Shown here: positions 40,427 to 48,158 of the stretch, in pieces
How the letters are laid out: each line of letters starts with the position of its first letter
Position numbering within the stretch: position 1 is the stretch's first letter
Source of the DNA: Snowella sp.
GTDB taxonomy: Bacteria; Cyanobacteriota; Cyanobacteriia; Cyanobacteriales; Microcystaceae
Length of the DNA stretch: 48,158 bases
Direction: 5' to 3'
Assembly (NCBI GenBank): GCA_035285545.1
Contig: JAYKGY010000119.1
Location: 1-48,158 of the forward strand
Translations under genes and position numbers: made by a program
The notes under the pieces: model-generated
Seen by the model: only the letters and a program-made list of their open reading frames with translations
What the model was told of the DNA's origin: nothing
Database searches by the model: none

Positions 40427-41830
40427 TTACTCAGCAAAATCAGGAGGACGACGACACTTGTGAGGATTCATCGCTTCCAATTGAGCGGCTAAGGTAATGA
40501 GTGTTGCCTCATCAGCCGGTTTCCCAATTAACTGTACGCCAATGGGTAAGCCAATTTCATCCCAACCCACAGGTAACGCGATCGCGGGTAAACCAGAAGC
40601 ATTGCACGGGGGACAGGGGGACACCCACTCAGTAATTTTTTGGACGGTTTCCGCAGGAGAAAGCGTAGCCCACTGACCGATCTTAATGGGTTGATGCCCA
40701 TAAACAGGTAAAACTAAGACATCAAATTCATTAAAGAAACTGACAATTTGACGGGAGGCTAAATGCATTTGTCGGGTCGCTTGTAAATAATCGCCGGATG
40801 ATAGATTTTGTTCCCCTAACCAGCGATTGACCGGACTTAATAGTTCTAATGGTAATCCAGCCGCTGCCACACCCGATTGCCAGATTTTAGTAAACGGATC
40901 AATCAATCCTTGTCCATCAAAACAAGCAGATTCAACATAATGCCCTAAGGATTCTAGCTGTTTGACGGTAGTATCAACGCCCAGCTTTCCGGCTATATCG
41001 GTATCCTTAAAGGGGGGTACGCCATAGGCAAAGGCAACCTTCAATGGCGGTAAGGATTGATGAATCGCTTCTGAGAAACGAATTTCCGGATCAGGTAACC
41101 AATAGGGATCACCTGTTAGGTAGCCCGACATCACCTCCAACAAGGCAGCCGCATCAGCAACCGTTCGAGCAAGGGGGCCAATCGCTGCAATTCCACTTTG
41201 AAACTCTCCCACCGGCGCAGAAGACACCCGACCACGACTCGGTTTAATGCCAACTAAGCCACAACAAGCAGCAGGGCCACGAACCGATCCACCGCCATCC
41301 GAACCTTGAGTAATGGGACATAATCCTGCGGCCACGGCGGCAGCGGCTCCCCCACTCGATCCCCCTGCGGTGTAGTCCAAATGCCAAGGGTTACGGGTTG
41401 GCGCAAAATTCTGGGGTTCTGTATAGGGAAACGATCCCAGTTCAGCGGTTGCGGTTTTGCCCAAAATCACGAAGCCGGCTTGCTTCATCCGCGTCACAAC
41501 ACCATCATCGTAAAGCCCCATATTGTCTCGAAGGGCAGCAACACCATAGGTTACGGGCATTCCTGTTACGGCGTTTAAATCTTTAATCGCAGTGGGGACA
41601 CCAAAAAATGGAGGGAGTTGGTCGATAGCGGATGTCGTGGCTAATTGCTCGGTTTTCTCACGGGCATCGGCGATCGCCATTTCAGCCGCCACATGGAAAA
41701 AACTTCCGAGTTGGGAATCATACTGTTCAATACGATTTAAAAAGAACTGGGTCAACTCTAGGGGGGAAATTTCCCGTTGACGGATGCGTTTGGCTAGGTC
41801 TAAAGCCGAGGAAAAAGCCAAATCATTCAT
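40427..41830 (-). CDS. Amidase signature family enzyme
   Basis: GVPTAIKD, GGSSGG and GSDGGGSVRGP. Confidence 0.92.
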   Translation of the reverse strand: MNDLAFSSALDLAKRIRQREISPLELTQFFLNRIEQYDSQLGSFFHVAAEMAIADAREKTEQLATTSAIDQLPPFFGVPTAIKDLNAVTGMPVTYGVAALRDNMGLYDDGVVTRMKQAGFVILGKTATAELGSFPYTEPQNFAPTRNPWHLDYTAGGSSGGAAAAVAAGLCPITQGSDGGGSVRGPAACCGLVGIKPSRGRVSSAPVGEFQSGIAAIGPLARTVADAAALLEVMSGYLTGDPYWLPDPEIRFSEAIHQSLPPLKVAFAYGVPPFKDTDIAGKLGVDTTVKQLESLGHYVESACFDGQGLIDPFTKIWQSGVAAAGLPLELLSPVNRWLGEQNLSSGDYLQATRQMHLASRQIVSFFNEFDVLVLPVYGHQPIKIGQWATLSPAETVQKITEWVSPCPPCNASGLPAIALPVGWDEIGLPIGVQLIGKPADEATLITLAAQLEAMNPHKCRRPPDFAE

Positions 41831-41926
41831 TACTTAAAACCTAATTACTAATAGTTTGAAAATACCACAATAATTCTTCGGAAAATTTAAAGAAACTCTA
41901 AATGTTTAACAATGTAATAATCTCTA

Positions 41927-42208
41927 TCAGGGATTAGGGAAAAAAGCGATCTTTCTTAACAACCCTAACAAGCCACCAACAAAAGCAAACAAAATTCCGA
42001 TTAACCATCCTGTTAAACCATTAACCCGACTTTCCAAAATATCTAGGCGTTTATCAAGCCCTGATACTCGCTCATCTAGTGTTGTGATCTGTCCTGACAG
42101 TTTCTCAACACCGATTTTTAATCCTGTAATTTCTGAGTTAAGCTCTTTAAACCCTGACGTAATCAGGTCTTTTAATTCCTTAAGATCATTGCCGGTAACC
42201 GTAGACAT
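41927..42208 (-). CDS. Small coiled-coil protein with C-terminal TM segment
   Basis: Heptad pattern LDERVSGLDKRLDILE followed by WLIGILFAFVGGLLG. Confidence 0.75.
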   Translation of the reverse strand: MSTVTGNDLKELKDLITSGFKELNSEITGLKIGVEKLSGQITTLDERVSGLDKRLDILESRVNGLTGWLIGILFAFVGGLLGLLRKIAFFPNP

Positions 42209-42275
42209 TGTTAGACATCTCCCAAAATGGTTAGCGTTTTTATAATTTCAGAAATATATATTATTTTTGCTTTCT

Positions 42276-42566
42276 TTAAAGCTTAAGAAACTGAATTCTG
42301 GGTTCTAGCGGTTCTTGTACTAACCCAATGCCATCATAACCCCAGCGTTTTAACTGATTTTTAAGTTGACTATCGGTAACCGATTCTACGGCAAAACGGC
42401 TAGCCACATCCGGCGCGTGGGCATTCACATAACTTAATGCCTCGTAATCCTGTTTAAATAACAAAAGATAGTTTTTTTCTGACTGGCTTTCAGGGTTTTC
42501 AATTCGAGCAGTCACATACTGACCATCAAATTTAGACCTCAAGAGATAATGAATTTCTGTAAACAT
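42276..42566 (-). CDS. Conserved cyanobacterial hypothetical protein
   Basis: YLLRSKFDGQY...YLLLF...RWGYDGIGLV. Confidence 0.75.
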   Translation of the reverse strand: MFTEIHYLLRSKFDGQYVTARIENPESQSEKNYLLLFKQDYEALSYVNAHAPDVASRFAVESVTDSQLKNQLKRWGYDGIGLVQEPLEPRIQFLKL

Positions 42567-42594
42567 TGTGAGTTAAATTAACTTGAATAATGAT

Positions 42595-43650
42595 TTATTT
42601 TAAATCAGATAGCTTAATACGGGGATCAACGGATTTTAACAATAGATCTGCTAATAAATTGCCAATAATTAACATGGCTGCTCCCATCATTAGGCTTCCC
42701 ATGACGAGATATAAATCTTGAGCGGTTACGGCTTGTAAAATTAAGCGTCCTAAGCCTGGCCAATTGAAGAAAAATTCAGCAATAAACGCACCACTTAATA
42801 GGCTCGAAAACTCAAAACCTAATAAGGTAATTAACGGATTAATGGCATTACGTAACGCATGAACGTAAATCACCTTATTTTCGGGTAGCCCTTTAGCCCT
42901 AGCGGTTTGAATATAATCCTGACGCAAAACATCTAATAATTGCCCTCTGGTTAAACGTTGCAGTCCTGCAAAGCTCGTAATACTTAGGGCTAGGGTGGGT
43001 AAGATCATGTGCCAAAGAATATCTCGAATTTTGCCGAAAGTCGAAAATTCAGCATAATCAATACTGGTCATATTGCCGACGGGTAACCAGGGAGAAACAT
43101 TCTGAGCAAAAATTAGTAAAATCAATGCCGTAATAAAGCTGGGAAATCCTTGGCCAAAATAACTTAATACTCGTAAAAATCGATCTAATACCGTATTTTG
43201 TTTGACCGCACTAATAACTCCTAATGGAATCGCGATCGCCCAGGTAATAATAATCGAAGAAATGGCTAACAATAGGGTAGCAGGAATCCGTTCTATCAAC
43301 AGGGAAGAAACGGAACGATTATAAACAAAACTTTGCCCAAAATTAAACCGAGTTACTACTTGAACGAGCCACAGCCAATATTGAACATACCAAGGTTGAT
43401 CTAAACCAAACTGGGCTTTAATTTCCTTAATCGTTTCAGGAGAAATTTTAGGGTTTTGTTGAAGCGTATCAAGATAGCTGCCTGGGGCTAATTGAATAAT
43501 GACAAAACTCAAAAAAGAAGCCAGCAATAAAGTTAATAAACCTTGTAAAATTCGTTTGCTGATATATAAAAAAGTTTCACTCGTTAACCCAGCAATAATC
43601 GGATTTAACCAGTGATTTACAAAGAAAAGTTTAGCAGAATGAGTCTTCAT
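42595..43650 (-). CDS. Peptide/nickel ABC transporter permease (DppB/OppB-like)
   Basis: GLDQP..VQY, PATLLL and DYIQTARAKGL...HALRNA. Confidence 0.92.
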   Translation of the reverse strand: MKTHSAKLFFVNHWLNPIIAGLTSETFLYISKRILQGLLTLLLASFLSFVIIQLAPGSYLDTLQQNPKISPETIKEIKAQFGLDQPWYVQYWLWLVQVVTRFNFGQSFVYNRSVSSLLIERIPATLLLAISSIIITWAIAIPLGVISAVKQNTVLDRFLRVLSYFGQGFPSFITALILLIFAQNVSPWLPVGNMTSIDYAEFSTFGKIRDILWHMILPTLALSITSFAGLQRLTRGQLLDVLRQDYIQTARAKGLPENKVIYVHALRNAINPLITLLGFEFSSLLSGAFIAEFFFNWPGLGRLILQAVTAQDLYLVMGSLMMGAAMLIIGNLLADLLLKSVDPRIKLSDLK

Positions 43651-43676
43651 TCAGTCAAAAATAATTAAAAGGCGTT

Positions 43677-44195
43677 TTAGTAATCGATTAAAGTAATAAT
43701 CGGCACATCTGGTAATTTTTGGCGACCACCCAGATCTTTTAATTCGATAATAAAGGCAAACCCTAAAACATTACAGCCAATCCGAGCCAGTAACTCAGCC
43801 GTCGCTTTAGCCGTCCCTCCCGTCGCAATTAAATCATCCACAATGACAACGCTGTGATGTTCTGCGAGAGCATCTTGATGAATTTCTAAGCTATCGGTTC
43901 CGTACTCTAATTCGTATTCAACTTGATGCACGGCGGCGGGCAGTTTGCCTGGTTTACGAACGGGAATAAAGCCTGACCCTAGCTTATAAGCGAGAGAAAC
44001 ACCAAATAAAAAACCTCTTGACTCCATCCCTACAATATAATCTGGGACTAATCCTGCGGCTTGGCACTTTTCAGCCAATAGATCAATGGTATGGCGTAAT
44101 CCCTCAGCATCCGCCAAAAGGGTCGTAATATCTCGAAAAAGAATACCGGGTTTGGGAAAATCGGGAATATCGCGGATAAGTGTTTTAAGATCCAT
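43677..44195 (-). CDS. apt: Adenine phosphoribosyltransferase
   Basis: [18 protein letters not shown] and [10 protein letters not shown]. Start at MDLK. Confidence 0.96.
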   Translation of the reverse strand: MDLKTLIRDIPDFPKPGILFRDITTLLADAEGLRHTIDLLAEKCQAAGLVPDYIVGMESRGFLFGVSLAYKLGSGFIPVRKPGKLPAAVHQVEYELEYGTDSLEIHQDALAEHHSVVIVDDLIATGGTAKATAELLARIGCNVLGFAFIIELKDLGGRQKLPDVPIITLIDY

Positions 44196-44262
44196 TGCGT
44201 TGAGTAGAGAAGGAACCACGTTAGGCTTAGTTATAGCAAAATTTGTTCTCTCATACTACTTA

Positions 44263-44757
44263 TTACGACTCAAGGTTTGAATGGAGTTTAATCAGGCTGT
44301 TTTTGACATTGGCAGGAAGCTGCCGCATGATTTTGCCTTTTTCACGGTCAATGGCAACCAGCGTCACTTTTCCTGTAATACATAATTCTTTGGTTTCTGA
44401 GCACTCGATCGCGTAATCCCAATCAATCCTGACTCCCGTTACTTCATTCATCCGAGTTTTGACAACGGCCGTTTGCCCTAAGCGCAGCGATCGCCGATAC
44501 CGAATCGATAAATCCACTACAGGCAAATCACAGCCCAAACTGACCAATTCCTCAAAATTAATCCCAATGGAGCGTAAACATTCCACCCGTGCCGTCTCCA
44601 TCCAAGTTAAATAGGTTCCATGCCAGACGACCCCGCCATAATCCGTATGATGGGGCTGCACTCTAACGATATATTCAAACCATTTTTCGCTCGTTGCTTT
44701 CAGTTCGGAATCGAGCGCGATCGCTGAGGTAGAGGGTAATTGGGGAGAATTAGACAA
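44263..44757 (-). CDS. Acyl-CoA thioesterase (4HBT/YbgC hotdog family)
   Basis: TDYGGVVWHGTYLTWMETAR. Confidence 0.88.
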   Translation of the reverse strand: MSNSPQLPSTSAIALDSELKATSEKWFEYIVRVQPHHTDYGGVVWHGTYLTWMETARVECLRSIGINFEELVSLGCDLPVVDLSIRYRRSLRLGQTAVVKTRMNEVTGVRIDWDYAIECSETKELCITGKVTLVAIDREKGKIMRQLPANVKNSLIKLHSNLES

Positions 44758-44843
44758 AACCGTTAATAAACATTGAACAAATCACGATGATTTCCATTGT
44801 AGCTTTTTGGTTTTAGCTTGGGAATTTTAGTACAAGTATACGA

Positions 44844-44899
44844 ATCCCGACAAAAAATATCGGGTATGTTTGACAGGTATTTTGACCCCGTGTTAAGTT
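44844..44899 (+). promoter_or_regulatory. Inverted-repeat operator and promoter of the thrC-like/moaD-like operon
   Basis: CCCGA-N9-TCGGG (44846-44864) just upstream of TTGACA (44870-44875), N18, TAAGTT preceded by TG. Confidence 0.55.
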
Positions 44900-44936
44900 A
44901 ACGGAACACTGATGGAATCAAGAGGACATACTCTCC

Positions 44937-46253
44937 ATGACCGTAGCAACACAAACACCCCAAACTTTAACCACCAAAGCCCCCACCAGTTTTTGCACCA
45001 AATTGGTTTCCAAAGAAGGCAACACCGAATATCCCTTAAAGGCGATTCATATTTGCGAAGAAACCTTTGCCCCCCTCGAAGTGGCCTATGATTACGATTT
45101 GATTCGTCGTCATGTTACGCGGGAAACCATTCAAGCAGGCCCCAATTCCATCTGGCGTTATCGGGCGTTTCTTCCCGTTGAAGGGGATGATTTGATTGAT
45201 GTTGGTACGGGGATGACTCCTCTGGTAAAATCCTATCGCTTGGCCCGTCGTTTAGGGTTAAAAAATCTTTACATTAAAAACGATGCCGTCAATATGCCCA
45301 CCCTGAGCTTCAAAGACCGTGTGGTCTCGGTGGCATTAACCCGCGCTCGTGAATTAGGCTTTACTACCGTATCCTGTGCAAGTACGGGAAATTTGGCGAA
45401 CTCTACCGCCGCGATCGCAGCCCATGCGGGTTTAGATTGTTGTGTTTTCATTCCCGCCGACTTAGAAGCGGGTAAAGTGTTGGGAACCTTGATTTACAAT
45501 CCCACCCTAATGGCCGTTAAAGGCAACTACGATCAAGTAAACCGTTTGTGTTGTGAAGTTGGAAATACCTACGGTTGGGGATTTGTCAATATCAATTTAC
45601 GCCCCTATTACTCGGAAGGTTCCAAAACCTTGGGCTTTGAAGTGGCCGAACAATTAGGTTGGAAATTACCCGACCACATCGTTGCACCCTTGGCTTCAGG
45701 TTCTTTATTTACCAAGATTTACAAAGGCTTCCAAGAATTCGTCAAAGTTGGTTTAGTCGATGACAAACCCGTCCGTTTCAGTGGCGCACAAGCAGAAGGT
45801 TGTTCCCCCATTGCAACGGCATTCAAAGAAGATCGGGATTTTGTAACGCCTGTTAAACCCGACACCATTGCTAAGTCGATCGCGATCGGCAATCCTGCTG
45901 ACGGAATTTATGCCTTAGAAATTGCCCGCAAAACCAATGGCAATATTGAAAGCGTTACCGATGCAGAAATTGTAGAAGGCATCAAACTATTAGCAGAAAC
46001 CGAAGGTATATTCACCGAAACTGCAGGCGGAACCACCATTGCTGTTCTCAAAAAATTAGTCGAAGCAGGTAAAATCGATCCCGAAGAATCAACCGTGGTT
46101 TACATTACAGGGAATGGCTTAAAAACCCAAGAAGCTGTTCAAAATTCCATCGGTGAACCCTTTGTGATTGAAGCTAAACTGGACAGTTTTGAGCGTGCTT
46201 TAGAACGGTCTCGTACTCTAGAACGTTTGGAATGGCAACAAGCATCGATCTAA
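44937..46253 (+). CDS. thrC: Threonine synthase-like PLP enzyme
   Basis: PTLSFKDR, ASTGN, EGSKT and ITGNGLK. Confidence 0.88.
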   Translation: MTVATQTPQTLTTKAPTSFCTKLVSKEGNTEYPLKAIHICEETFAPLEVAYDYDLIRRHVTRETIQAGPNSIWRYRAFLPVEGDDLIDVGTGMTPLVKSYRLARRLGLKNLYIKNDAVNMPTLSFKDRVVSVALTRARELGFTTVSCASTGNLANSTAAIAAHAGLDCCVFIPADLEAGKVLGTLIYNPTLMAVKGNYDQVNRLCCEVGNTYGWGFVNINLRPYYSEGSKTLGFEVAEQLGWKLPDHIVAPLASGSLFTKIYKGFQEFVKVGLVDDKPVRFSGAQAEGCSPIATAFKEDRDFVTPVKPDTIAKSIAIGNPADGIYALEIARKTNGNIESVTDAEIVEGIKLLAETEGIFTETAGGTTIAVLKKLVEAGKIDPEESTVVYITGNGLKTQEAVQNSIGEPFVIEAKLDSFERALERSRTLERLEWQQASI

Positions 46254-46338
46254 TTAATAGTTAATAATTAATAATTGATAATTAATTATTAGCGAATATT
46301 TCTTATTTTCTTTTTGACTTAACTTCAATTTGTAATCT

Positions 46339-46614
46339 ATGGCTGTTAAAGTATTAATTCCGACTCCTTTGCAAAAATTCACTGACAATAAAGCAACGAT
46401 TGAATGTAGTGCCAAAAATGTTGGCGAACTGATCGATTCTTTAGAAACAGATTATCAGGGAATTAAGGCTCGTCTTTGCGATGAGGCAGGACAACCCCGA
46501 CGGTTTTTAAATTTCTATGTTAATAGCGAAGATATTCGCTTTTTAGATGGTACAGCGACACCTTTAACGGATGGTGACGAGGTAAGTATTGTCCCGGCCG
46601 TTGCTGGTGGTTAG
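46339..46614 (+). CDS. MoaD/ThiS/CysO family ubiquitin-like sulfur carrier
   Basis: VLIPTPL...NSEDIRFL...PAVAGG ending in Gly-Gly. Confidence 0.92.
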   Translation: MAVKVLIPTPLQKFTDNKATIECSAKNVGELIDSLETDYQGIKARLCDEAGQPRRFLNFYVNSEDIRFLDGTATPLTDGDEVSIVPAVAGG

Positions 46615-46654
46615 TCTAGTAATTCATAGAATTTAATAGATTTGTGTTGCTCTT

Positions 46655-46681
46655 GGGGTACGTTTTGCGTGCCCTTTTTTT
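46655..46681 (+). terminator. Intrinsic terminator
   Basis: GGGTACG...CGTGCCC followed by a T-run. Confidence 0.8.
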
Positions 46682-46690
46682 CATTAGTTT

Positions 46691-47044
46691 TTAATCATCT
46701 TGTCCAGGCAAATCTAAGGCAATTAATAAAGCTCTATTCACTTTTTCTAAGGTAGTAAAATTAAGAGTCCCCCGAAGACGCAATAATCTCTGTTTAGAGA
46801 GCACCCTAACTTGATCGGCCATTGCAATTGAATCATTGCGTAATCCTGCTTCTGGAGCACGAACAAGCACTTGTGTCGGATAAACTTTTTTGCCCGATTG
46901 ATAGGTAGTGCAAGGAACAGTTAAAACGACGGAACTAGAAGCATTAATAACATCACGACTAACGATAATGACAGGGCGCGTTCCACCTTGCTCTGAACCT
47001 TCAACGGGTTCTAGACGAGCATCATAAATGTCACCACGTTTCAT
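46691..47044 (-). CDS. mazF: PemK/MazF family toxin
   Basis: MKRGDIY...GSEQGGTRPVIIVS...DQVRVLSKQRL; ATGA overlap with the antitoxin. Confidence 0.92.
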   Translation of the reverse strand: MKRGDIYDARLEPVEGSEQGGTRPVIIVSRDVINASSSVVLTVPCTTYQSGKKVYPTQVLVRAPEAGLRNDSIAMADQVRVLSKQRLLRLRGTLNFTTLEKVNRALLIALDLPGQDD

Positions 47045-47316
47045 TGAGCGTTTTCTCCAAGACTGAAAGCTTCCCAACTCGCTCTAGCAAATTCCCTGTC
47101 CATTTTTAAGACTTCCTCTTGATAATCGGGTTGTTGTACCATCTCTGCTAAAGCTTGATCAATTTCAGCCCTTTTGAGAGCAGCTAATTCATGTTTAATA
47201 GCTTGGGCGATAAATTCATTACGGCTGTTAATTTTTCCTTGACTCACAAGAGTGTCGGTTGCTTGGAGTAGATCAGCAGGGAGAGCAAGGGTAGTACGAA
47301 TACTTGAGGAAGGCAT
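47041..47316 (-). CDS. CopG/RHH family antitoxin
   Basis: RTTLALPADLL...SRNEFIAQAI; coupled to mazF. Confidence 0.85.
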   Translation of the reverse strand: MPSSSIRTTLALPADLLQATDTLVSQGKINSRNEFIAQAIKHELAALKRAEIDQALAEMVQQPDYQEEVLKMDREFARASWEAFSLGENAQ

Positions 47317-47378
47317 GATGTTAAAAGTGATGCACTAATGATCATCAAGAATAACATCTGTTTTGAAGTTCTAAATTA

Positions 47379-48044
47379 TTAATCAATTTTTGTCTTACTT
47401 AACTTATCGGCTAATCGGGTGGGTTCGGGTAAACGGTACTTGGTTAAACAATTTTGGACGTAGGCGATCGCGGTTTCGAGAGAAATTTTGTGACCCAAGG
47501 AAATATAGAGGGGCTTAACGTTGACGCGAGACCGAAGGGCGGCTCCGATGACTTCTTTTTGATGAACTAAAGGAACCCATTGGCCTTTATCAAGCGGAAC
47601 AGGTTCATGTTTACCGACCAAAATTGATTTAGCCACGCCAATCGTGGGAATATCCATCAAAACGCCTAGATGGGACGCAATCCCTAAACGTCGAGGATGA
47701 GCAATACCTTGACCATCGCAAAAAATCAGATCAGGAGTCAGGCTAATTTTGTCTAGGGCTTGGATCAGGGCAGGAATTTCTCGAAAAGATAAAAATCCTG
47801 GAACATAGGGAAAAGTGGTCGGGGTGTGGGCGATCGCGCTTTCTAAAACTGTTAAATCAGGATAACTGAGGACAACGACGGCCGCTTTGGTAATCGTGTT
47901 ATTCTCCGCAAAGGCCACATCGACCCCTGCAATGCGCTGAACGGTTCCGAATTGATCCTCACGAATCACCCGATCCCGTAACTCGTTTTGCAACTGTTTA
48001 GCTGCCTCAATTTCCGTTACCCAAATAGCTGATAAGTAGGTCAA
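47379..48044 (-). CDS. nfi: Endonuclease V; native 5' end probably displaced by an IS
   Basis: AGVDVAF, PYVPGFLSFRE, CDGQGIAHPRRLG and YRLPEPTRLAD. The only nearby in-frame start is TTG at 48044, inside the putative IS end. Confidence 0.85.
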   Translation of the reverse strand: MTYLSAIWVTEIEAAKQLQNELRDRVIREDQFGTVQRIAGVDVAFAENNTITKAAVVVLSYPDLTVLESAIAHTPTTFPYVPGFLSFREIPALIQALDKISLTPDLIFCDGQGIAHPRRLGIASHLGVLMDIPTIGVAKSILVGKHEPVPLDKGQWVPLVHQKEVIGAALRSRVNVKPLYISLGHKISLETAIAYVQNCLTKYRLPEPTRLADKLSKTKID

Positions 48045-48158
48045 CTTAATTAAAAGAAAAACGAGAAACGGAATATCCACCTTGTCTGGCTCGATTCTCA
48101 ATTCCTTCAATCAGAGCATAGGCTAAATCTAACTCATCATCAAAGACTCGACCCGCTA
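48033..48158 (-). mobile_element. Right end of an IS630-like element (transposase C-terminus, stop at 48046-48048), running off the window
   Basis: Minus strand reads AGRVFDDELDLAYALIEGIENRARQGGYSVSRFSFN*, resembling cyanobacterial IS630 transposase tails. It ends ...GACCTACTTA at a TA dinucleotide. Confidence 0.7.

Noticed and set aside
48045..48110. N-terminal extension of Nfi (MKELRIEPDKVD...)
   Set aside because: An alternative frame of the transposase-like tail, not Nfi-like.

Overview
Chromosomal window of a unicellular cyanobacterium, probably Chroococcales and Synechocystis/Snowella-like. This is inferred from abundant HIP1 octamers (GCGATCGC), psbB, an hli gene, csaB and the rplS-trnW-secE-nusG-rplKAJL block. 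Most of 23.7-46.6 kb is ordinary housekeeping. Accessory material clusters in four places. (1) 1-5 kb: a Cache-sensor / SulP-STAS-cNMP / TauD / racemase block followed by two MITEs and a partial icfG-type cluster (AGE, STAS, glgX, STAS). (2) 10.3-12.9 kb: a DUF433/DUF5615 TA pair and an uncharacterised two-gene module (small putative RNase-like toxin plus an ImmA/IrrE-like protein with a degenerate HExxH), divergent from a nadM-nudix/nadV operon that has an NrtR-type box. (3) 18.5-23.4 kb: a stack of TA, Uma2 and Rpn cassettes, each closed by a displaced copy of the 3' end of the upstream ABC-transporter gene, with junctions at or near HIP1 sites and no integrase in view. (4) Right end: an RHH/MazF pair and an IS630-like element inserted at the 5' end of nfi. 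The best candidates for undescribed biology are the integrase-free cassette array and the IrrE-like/toxin pair. All family assignments come from motif recognition by eye, not database searches.
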